A stretch of DNA of 64,000 bases from Vulcanimicrobiota bacterium. Its GTDB lineage: Bacteria; Vulcanimicrobiota; Xenobia; Xenobiales; JADMJV01. Below, piece by piece: positions 57,285-64,000 of this stretch. The DNA lies in contig JBFWNU010000001.1 of assembly GCA_050250895.1 (NCBI GenBank), positions 3,848,992 through 3,912,991 of the forward strand. Reading direction: 5' to 3'. The position numbers and the translations under genes are program-made. Every line of letters starts with the position of its first letter. The stretch's first letter is position 1. The notes beneath the pieces are model-generated. The model was not told the origin of the DNA. It did no database searches and saw nothing but the letters and a program-made list of their open reading frames with translations.

Positions 57285-59252
57285 CTAGAAGCTACTATCG
57301 ATACGCACGCGACCGAAAACGGGCTCACCATTCTCGTCGGTGCCGTGAAAGTCCATCGACAAAACGTTGACTTTACCGTTGTCGAGAGCCTGCATCTCGT
57401 GGATCTTGAAGCCGCCCTGGATGGAGGTGCCGTTGACCACGATCGTTCCTTTGTGGGTGCCGGGGTCAGGTTCTTTACCACTCTGGGTTCGCACCGACAC
57501 CGTCCAGGGCTTGCCCGTGCCTTTGGCCTCGACGTTGAGAGCCGGGGTCGAATCCTTTTCTCCCGTGGCGATCTTGGCTTTGAACTTGGCTTCGTCCCCC
57601 AGAAAATACTCGCCGCCGTGGCCGAGTTCGTTTTTGGGTGAGTCGCTAAGCAAGTAGAAGGCGCTGCGGGCACCCCCCGAGCCCGAGGTCGCGGGAAACG
57701 AGAAGCTGCCCTGGATGGCTTTGCGGGAAAGGCGGTTCTTGGCGGCCCGATTGACGGAGGCCACCTTGTTCTGGATCTCTTCGCTGTCGGGGGCCAGTTT
57801 GGCCGCCTCTTTGATCGTATCTTCACCGGCTCCGAACCGACCGGACTCGATCAGGATGTCGCCTTTGAGGGCAAGCGCGTCAGCCAGGCGCTCGGGCTCG
57901 CCCTCGTGGTCGCGCAGGCTGGTGATGGCTTTGTCGACCGAAGCCTCGGCCATCTCGACTGCGCCGCGACGCAAGCCGCGCCGAGCCTGGTTTAACAGCT
58001 GGTCTACGTCGCGCAAGGCCAGGGCTCGCTTGACCCGGCCCAACCCCTCTTCATCCTTGAGCTCCTCGTAGACCTTCTTGGCCCCGTCATAGTTTTCTCC
58101 CCCGAGATAGCCTTCGGCGATGACCTGGAGGATTTCCTTGCGTAGCTCACCCTGGGCGCCAGCGTCAAGGCCTTGCTCGCCTTCGCGAACGGCCAGAACC
58201 CACTGTTTCTCCTCGAGGGCCTTCTTAGCGGCAGCCAGCTTCTCTTCGGCTGTGGCCTTGCTCGAGGCCGACATCGGAGTGGCGCTGGGAGTCGCCCCCG
58301 GTGTGGCGGGAACGGCGATGGGCGTGTTTACGGGCGTGGGGGTGTCGACGGCCACCGGACCACCGCCTTCGCGGGTGGCAAACTTGTAGCCGCCGAAACC
58401 GAGCCCGGCCAACACGACCAGCCCCACCACCGCTTTGACGATGGTACCGCCGCTCCCGCCGCCGGAGGAGGCGGTCTGGCCGGCCTGGCCCCGAAAGGCC
58501 AGAAAGGAGGAGTATCGGCCTTTGGTGGCTGGCTTCTCGGCCTTCTTCGACATCGGCTTGCCCGTTTGAAAGAGGCGGTTGGCCGAGGCCAGATCTTCGC
58601 GGCTGGCGCACAGTCGCCCGACTTCGACCAGCAGGTCGCAGCCAACATCGGGCTCCATGCGGGGAGCGCCGGCAGAAATGTGTCGCACCAACTGCTTGAG
58701 CCCGTCCTCGTCTTCGGCTTTACAAAGCGTCACGATGGCGTCGATGGTCTCGTTGGCAGGAGCGCCAGCCTGTAGCGAACTCAGGTGTCTTTTGACCGTG
58801 GTCTCGGTGGACTCTTTTGGCAGCGAGGCTGCGCCCGGCCCCTCTTTGCCGCCATAGCGGCGCAGAGCCGCGGCCACCGTATTCTGGTTGGCGGCCGTAG
58901 CCAGGTCGAGGGCGGTCACGCCCTGAGCGTTCGTGGCATTGACATCGGCCCCCAGGCGCAACAGGTGCTCGATCGTTTTGACCTTCTCTTGCGAGGTATC
59001 TCCGGTCTTCCACTCTTTGACCGCGTAGTGCAGTGGTGTCGAGCCGTCGCCACTGCGAATGGCCAGGTCAGCCCCAGAGCTGTCGAGAAAGGAGATCATG
59101 TCACGGTCGTTGGTGCCGATGGCCACATGGATGGGCCGTAGGCCGCCGCCAAGATTGGAGTTGACGTCTAGCCCCGCGGCCAGAAGTCGTTTAACAGCAT
59201 TCTTATCCCGGTTGGCGATCGCATCCTGGATGTCTTGTCGTGGATCTCCCAT
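57285..59252 (-). CDS. Ankyrin repeat - TM - TPR-like protein
   Basis: G.TPLHYA / GVTALDLA ankyrin repeats, central TM, Pro/Thr linker, TPR-like helices. Confidence 0.85.
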   Translation of the reverse strand: MGDPRQDIQDAIANRDKNAVKRLLAAGLDVNSNLGGGLRPIHVAIGTNDRDMISFLDSSGADLAIRSGDGSTPLHYAVKEWKTGDTSQEKVKTIEHLLRLGADVNATNAQGVTALDLATAANQNTVAAALRRYGGKEGPGAASLPKESTETTVKRHLSSLQAGAPANETIDAIVTLCKAEDEDGLKQLVRHISAGAPRMEPDVGCDLLVEVGRLCASREDLASANRLFQTGKPMSKKAEKPATKGRYSSFLAFRGQAGQTASSGGGSGGTIVKAVVGLVVLAGLGFGGYKFATREGGGPVAVDTPTPVNTPIAVPATPGATPSATPMSASSKATAEEKLAAAKKALEEKQWVLAVREGEQGLDAGAQGELRKEILQVIAEGYLGGENYDGAKKVYEELKDEEGLGRVKRALALRDVDQLLNQARRGLRRGAVEMAEASVDKAITSLRDHEGEPERLADALALKGDILIESGRFGAGEDTIKEAAKLAPDSEEIQNKVASVNRAAKNRLSRKAIQGSFSFPATSGSGGARSAFYLLSDSPKNELGHGGEYFLGDEAKFKAKIATGEKDSTPALNVEAKGTGKPWTVSVRTQSGKEPDPGTHKGTIVVNGTSIQGGFKIHEMQALDNGKVNVLSMDFHGTDENGEPVFGRVRIDSSF

Positions 59253-59306
59253 TACGGAAGACCTTGGCCAGCGGGCGCTTTCAGACCTCCTAGGAGAAGG
59301 GGATCT

Positions 59307-60737
59307 TCACAGTCTTGTGAGAGTTTTTAGGAGCAGTCGCCAGAACTTTTGCACCGAGCTGATCTGGACCCGTTCGTCAGGCGAGTGAGCTCCTCGAATA
59401 TTGGGTCCGAACGAGATCATTTCCATGGTGGGATAGTTCTTGCCGATGATCCCGCATTCAAGCCCGGCGTGACAAGCATTCACGTGGGGGTCGTGGCCGA
59501 ACATCTCGCGATAGGTCTCGCGCATGACCTTGACCACCTTCGACTCGGGTTCGGGCGCCCAGCCGGGATAGGCGCCGGAAGTCTTCACCTCGGCGCCGAG
59601 CAGTTCGAGGCTGCAGCGGATGGCCCGGGCCAGGTCCATCTTCTCGGTGTCCACCGAGCCCCGGCTCAAGCAGGCCAGGCTAAAACGGCCCTCGGCCACC
59701 TCGATCCGGGCCAGGTTGTTCGAGGTCTGCACCAGGCCTTCGACCTCGGGGCTGAGGCGGTGGATACCGTCGGGGATGGCGTAGATCACCCTTAGCAGGC
59801 GGTCTTGGAAGCCCTGCTCGAGCACCGGGCCGGATGGCTCGACAGCCTCGCAGTGGATGACCAGATCGGGGTCGGTGCTGGCATACTCGTGCCGGATCGA
59901 GTCGGCCAGCTCTGCCAGGGCGCTCTTCAAATCGCCTGAGGTGGTCACGACGGCCACCGACTCTCGAGGAATGGCATTGCGCAAGCCGCCACCGTCAATA
60001 CTGGCCACACGCGCACCCTGACTGGCAGCTTCAAAGAGCAGACGGTTCATCACCTTGTTGGCATTGGCCCGACCCAGGTGAATATCCATCCCGGAGTGGC
60101 CTCCGGTGAGACCACTCACCTCGAGCCGCCAGAATCGAGAGCCGGACGGAGCCTCGGTGGTGGCATAGGTGCCCTGCCCAACGACATCGACCCCTCCGGC
60201 ACAACCGATCGTCAACTCGCGATCGTCCTCGGTGTCGAGATTGAGCATGTAGCTTGCTTGAAGCCAACCCGGCTTGAGCCCTTTGGCGCCGGTCATGCCG
60301 CTCTCTTCATCGATAGTGAAAAGCGCCTCGAGGGGCGGATGGGCCACGTCCCTGGCAGAAAGTATGGCCATCATGGCGGCCACTCCGATCCCGTTGTCGG
60401 CTCCCAGGGTGGTACCCCGAGCCCGCACCCAATCGTCCTCGACCACCATCGCGATGCCCTGGCTGGCGAAATCGAAATCGGTCTTAGCGTTCTTCTGATG
60501 GACCATGTCGAGATGACTCTGCAAGGCCACGGTCGGGTGGCTTTCGAAGCCGGCCGAAGCAGCCTTTTTGACCAGTACATTGCCGGTTTCGTCGGTCAGA
60601 GTCTCAAGACCCAATCCCTCGGCGAACTTCTGCATGAACGCGATCACTCGCTCTTCTTTCTTGGACGGGCGAGGCACGGCGTTGAGGTCGGCAAAGTGGC
60701 GCCACAGCGCCTGAGGTTCTAGCTCCTGAATCTGCAT
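59307..60737 (-). CDS. pepD: Aminoacyl-histidine dipeptidase (peptidase D)
   Basis: LQSHLDMV, TTLGADNGIG, DEESGM, GGHSG.DIHLGRAN, HAGLECG, AHSPDE. Confidence 0.95.
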   Translation of the reverse strand: MQIQELEPQALWRHFADLNAVPRPSKKEERVIAFMQKFAEGLGLETLTDETGNVLVKKAASAGFESHPTVALQSHLDMVHQKNAKTDFDFASQGIAMVVEDDWVRARGTTLGADNGIGVAAMMAILSARDVAHPPLEALFTIDEESGMTGAKGLKPGWLQASYMLNLDTEDDRELTIGCAGGVDVVGQGTYATTEAPSGSRFWRLEVSGLTGGHSGMDIHLGRANANKVMNRLLFEAASQGARVASIDGGGLRNAIPRESVAVVTTSGDLKSALAELADSIRHEYASTDPDLVIHCEAVEPSGPVLEQGFQDRLLRVIYAIPDGIHRLSPEVEGLVQTSNNLARIEVAEGRFSLACLSRGSVDTEKMDLARAIRCSLELLGAEVKTSGAYPGWAPEPESKVVKVMRETYREMFGHDPHVNACHAGLECGIIGKNYPTMEMISFGPNIRGAHSPDERVQISSVQKFWRLLLKTLTRL

Positions 60738-60779
60738 GGCCGCCTATTCTGAAGGGGCGTCGGGCATTCCCTCTGCAGG

Positions 60780-60820
60780 TTTACAATCCGGCAATCATTT
60801 TGTGATACCAGGTTAACAAA
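60780..60820 (+). promoter_or_regulatory. AT-rich upstream motif (TTTACAATCCGGCAATC, GTTAACAAA)
   Basis: Matches motif at 46442-46489 and partly 29071 and 9739. Confidence 0.45.
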
Positions 60821-60900
60821 TTTGGGGTCGGTCCGTTCCCCGTCCAACCTCAAAAGGCGACCATAGGGATAAGACTTCACCTCTTGGAGGATATCGATCC

Positions 60901-61593
60901 ATGGCGATCTTTGGCTTAGGTAGCCCTATGGGAGTCGGCGGTTTCCCCGGCTTCGGACAGCGCCCCAACCCCCTGATGGGCATGTTGCAGATGGTGCTGG
61001 GGCTCTTTATGGGTCTTTTGACCGGCGGCTTACTAGGACGGCTGCTCAATCCGGGCGGGGAGAATGCTTTCTCTCCCTTGCAGAACCCCGGCTTCGGAGG
61101 AGGCAGCTTTCCCGGCGGTAGTCCGGCTGGCAATATGGGTGGCTCAGCCACCAACTTCCTGGGCGCGCCGGGCTCGCCGGGCTTTGGCAACAGCAACGCT
61201 CCCGGCGTGAACATGAACGACATCAAAGGCGGCACCGAGTGGGGTCGGGCCCTGGCTGCCGACGCCGGTTCCAACGCTAACGGCCCCGGCGGCTACTGCT
61301 ACAAGTGGGTGGGCCAGGCGCTGGCCCGCCACGGAGTCAATGTCAGCGGCGCCAGTGCCTATATGGGAGCTGACCAACTGGCCAAGAATCCCAAGTTCCG
61401 CGAGGTCAGCGTGCCCGCCGACCAGCTCAAGAGCCTGCCCCCGGGCGCGGTCGTCGTCTGGAACAAGGGCCCGGGTCACCCCCACGGCCACATCTCGATT
61501 GCTCTCGGTGACGGGCGCGAGGCCAGCGACAAGATTCGTAACCAGATCACCAACTACGGAACCTCGCACCGGGTGTTCATTCCGGCGGGCTAG
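60901..61593 (+). CDS. Gly-rich N-terminus + CHAP/NlpC-P60-like cysteine amidase
   Basis: GYCYKWVGQAL (Cys), PGAVVVW, HPHGHISI (His); RBS GGAGG. Confidence 0.8.
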   Translation: MAIFGLGSPMGVGGFPGFGQRPNPLMGMLQMVLGLFMGLLTGGLLGRLLNPGGENAFSPLQNPGFGGGSFPGGSPAGNMGGSATNFLGAPGSPGFGNSNAPGVNMNDIKGGTEWGRALAADAGSNANGPGGYCYKWVGQALARHGVNVSGASAYMGADQLAKNPKFREVSVPADQLKSLPPGAVVVWNKGPGHPHGHISIALGDGREASDKIRNQITNYGTSHRVFIPAG

Positions 61594-61602
61594 TGGCCTT
61601 TA

Positions 61603-61639
61603 AGACGGTAGTCGACAGACGGTAGACGGTAGTAGTACC
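61603..61639 (+). repeat. AG-heptamer repeat (AGACGGT) element, copy 2
   Basis: AGACGGT-AGTCGAC-AGACGGT-AGACGGT-AGTAGTACC. Confidence 0.75.
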
Positions 61640-61678
61640 GGCTGCCGTTTTGTTTGTTGGGCTCGGGTCGTGGCGCCC

Positions 61679-61830
61679 GGCTTTGCCTGCGGCCGCGGGG
61701 CTGGGCCGGCTTGCCTGGGTTTCGGCGGTCCAGGCTTTGCTTTGCGGGGGCGGGGGCTGGGCCGGGTTGCCTGGGTTTCGGCGGTCGAGGCTTTGCTTCG
61801 CGGGGGCGGGGGCTGGGTCGGGCTTGCCTG
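61679..61830. repeat. ~55-bp G-rich tandem repeat (about 2.7 copies)
   Basis: GGCTTTGC...GGGGCTGGGCCGG.TTGCCTGGGTTTCGGCGGTC units at about 61679, 61733, 61789. Confidence 0.8.
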
Positions 61831-61920
61831 CGGGGAGCGGGCATTGGGCGGCACCCACTGCCGGATGGGCTGACCCAGCTAGGTCACATTTCTGTTCCCC
61901 AACCGGCCTACGAACACAAG

Positions 61921-63132
61921 TCATCCCGAGCGTGACCTGGTGCGCCGGCGCTGCACGGCGTTGTTCCGGGCGGCCTTCCAGTCTGGCCGAGTCGCAAAGT
62001 CTTTGTCGTGCACGAGGGCGTGGCAACTCGGGCACAGCAACTCTAGATCCTCCAGTCGGTGTAGCCTGGTTTCGGACCAGGCCCGAACGTGGTGCACCAC
62101 TAGATTGCCGCCGGTGTATGAGCATCGCTCACAGCGGCCGAAAGCGCGGGCGTAGACTGCTCGCACCAAACCCACGGGAAGCCCCGGCCGGCCCGACCGA
62201 CTCGGCAGTAGGGGCAACTGTTTGGCCTGACTAGTTTCTGCAGGAACTTCGGGCGGGCTACTTCCAGCTGGAAGTTCGAGCTGGGAACAAGCCACCACGA
62301 TGCCGCTTTGCTTCATAGCCTCGTCGACGGCTTCGGGCTCGGCCGGCAACAGTCCCCGGTCGGTATCATAGAAGCCCTCGCCCGTCTCACCGTTTACGTG
62401 CACGATGACCTGGTGACGCACTTTGCTGCGGTTGTCTGCTGAGGCGAGAAGGGCCCTGCTCATCTCGGCCACGGCCGCCTCTTTGCTCACGCGTTTGCCC
62501 CGGCGTGCCTCGACCAGTTTCTTCGCCTGTTCCAAGACGGCAAAATCTTCGGGGGTCATCAGCAGAGTGACCTTTCTCAACGGGGACACCACAGGGACCG
62601 GCGCTGGCTGCGCTACGGGCGCGGGCTCTGTGGGTTGCTCAGCGAAGGTCAACTCGGGCTGACTCTGGCGAGCTTCGAGCGAGGCTTTCAAAGCCTGGCC
62701 GCGCTTGTGCTGGGTGGGAGTCAGAGCCACGGCGCGTTCGACTGCCTGGGCTTTGTTCTTGAGTGCGAATTCCAGCATCTCGCGTTCGTTCTCGGGCGTG
62801 CTGATCCGCTTGAGAGCGCGGGCTTTGCTCCAGCAAAGCTTGCCTTCGCGAAAGGCTTCTGAGATCAGAGGCAGTTGCTCGAAGACCCTGGCCAGGCTGA
62901 GGAGTTCGCCCGCCTTCTGGGGATGCAGCTTGAGGTGGGTAATGGCGTAGCCCACCGTACTTCCACTTCCCATGCGACGATAGAGACCGCTGCGTTCGGT
63001 GGCCAAAAGGTGGGCGGCCAGCTCCCATTCGCAGCCGAAAGAACGCTTGCCCGCCTGGCAGTTTCTCTGGTGCAGCTCCTGGTGAGGGAGTTGCTGCAGT
63101 GAGTGGGAAAGTCCCGATAGTGTCAAAGACAT
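61921..63132 (-). CDS. DUF222-like / HNH endonuclease
   Basis: C-terminal GRCERC...VVHHVRAW...LELLCPSCHALVH; N-terminal LPLISEAFREGKLCWSKARAL; RBS GGAGG. Confidence 0.9.
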   Translation of the reverse strand: MSLTLSGLSHSLQQLPHQELHQRNCQAGKRSFGCEWELAAHLLATERSGLYRRMGSGSTVGYAITHLKLHPQKAGELLSLARVFEQLPLISEAFREGKLCWSKARALKRISTPENEREMLEFALKNKAQAVERAVALTPTQHKRGQALKASLEARQSQPELTFAEQPTEPAPVAQPAPVPVVSPLRKVTLLMTPEDFAVLEQAKKLVEARRGKRVSKEAAVAEMSRALLASADNRSKVRHQVIVHVNGETGEGFYDTDRGLLPAEPEAVDEAMKQSGIVVACSQLELPAGSSPPEVPAETSQAKQLPLLPSRSGRPGLPVGLVRAVYARAFGRCERCSYTGGNLVVHHVRAWSETRLHRLEDLELLCPSCHALVHDKDFATRPDWKAARNNAVQRRRTRSRSG

Positions 63133-63496
63133 AGCCGACCTCCGAGTAGAAGAAGAATCAAGGAATGATCCCATTTTACTCAAGAAGATCTTCCCGGTCA
63201 ACGCGAAAGATCGGCTTGGTTATAGGGTTCTGCGCGCGCTTTGCAAGTGGCCGCGAGGAGGGTTTTTGACTAGAAAACGATTTTGCCGTCCTCGACGACA
63301 CAGAGATTGGCCTGATAGTCCTATTGAGGGTCCTCGCGTCACGTTTAGGGTCGAACTATCATTCAGGCGACTCCATACCTTAGAGATGTTAAGGTATCGC
63401 AATATTTGGCGGCGCCGGGTTGGCAATTCCAGCTGGAAGTCGTTCTAAGCGGGATGGTTAGCACGGGTTCCATCTCGACTTCGGCTTGACTGGAAC

Positions 63497-64000
63497 GGCG
63501 CCCAGGCCTTGCGTTCCCAGCCGGCTCGCCGCGGCCCACAGGCGCGGCTGGCTCGCGGCGGATCACCGACTGGCCGGCGCCGCCCGCCCCGGAGCCGGTC
63601 GCCGTCAAGCGAGTACTTCCAGCTGGAAGTATGACTCGAGAGAAGCGCGCGAGACGCCGCCCTCGACGCCTTGAGTTTCCTGCCGCCGCGCTCGTCGTGG
63701 CCGGGTCGGCAACACCGCGTCCACTCGCCGCGATTCACCAGCCCCGGCTGATGCGGCGGTCTGGGCAATCTCGGCGGGCGCCCAGGCCTTGCGTTCCCAG
63801 CCGGCTCGCCGCGGCCCACAGGCGCGGCTGGCTCGCGGCGGTCTGGTAATCACCGACTGGCCGGCGCCGCCCGCCCCGGAGCCGGTCGCCGTCAAGCGAG
63901 TACTTCCAGCTGGAAGTATGACTCGAGAGAAGCGCGCGAGACGCCGCCCTCGACGCCTTGAGTTTCCTGCCGCCGCGCTCGTCGTGGCCGGGTCGGCAAC
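63497..64000. repeat. ~280-287-bp direct tandem repeat containing palindrome TACTTCCAGCTGGAAGTA (second copy truncated by window end)
   Basis: Copy 1 63497-63776; copy 2 from 63777, identical over the visible part except a 7-nt insertion TCTGGTA; palindrome at 63614 and 63901. Confidence 0.95.

Noticed and set aside
61921-63132. IscB/Cas9-like or group II intron nuclease
   Set aside because: No PLMP, RuvC or reverse-transcriptase motifs visible; only a C-terminal HNH with a DUF222-like N-terminus
63220-63895. Short ORFs upstream of the HNH gene
   Set aside because: Low-complexity translations of the tandem repeat or intergenic DNA; no RBS or domain support

Overview
GC-rich (~65% by eye) bacterial chromosomal window with about 55 CDS. 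I saw no rRNA, tRNA, cas genes, integrase or clear IS. Housekeeping genes include mqo, ahcY, pepD, a GH37 trehalase, an acyl-CoA synthetase, an SNF transporter, a TetR-MFP-RND efflux operon and an SF1 helicase running off the left edge. Notable items: (1) a split ORF joined by an in-frame UGA in a SelN-like 'GRLDERWC-U-TNAR' motif followed by a SECIS-like hairpin, i.e. a probable unannotated selenoprotein; (2) a DUF222-like HNH nuclease whose coding sequence contains the palindrome ACTTCCAGCTGGAAGT, which recurs in a ~280-bp tandem repeat upstream; (3) several non-coding palindromic repeat arrays (9 x ~70 bp, 46-bp REP-like, AG-heptamers); (4) a dispersed set of signal-peptide-less proteins with 'MxI...D-x-V-x-L-S'-type N-termini carrying hydrolytic or protein-modifying domains (protein glutaminase plus arginine deiminase-like operon, SLT, CHAP-like, M20 peptidase), several sharing an AT-rich upstream motif, suggesting a co-regulated type III-like effector repertoire. 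The gene style is reminiscent of Ca. Eremiobacterota/Xenobia, but that is only an impression. All family calls come from motif recognition; no database search was run.
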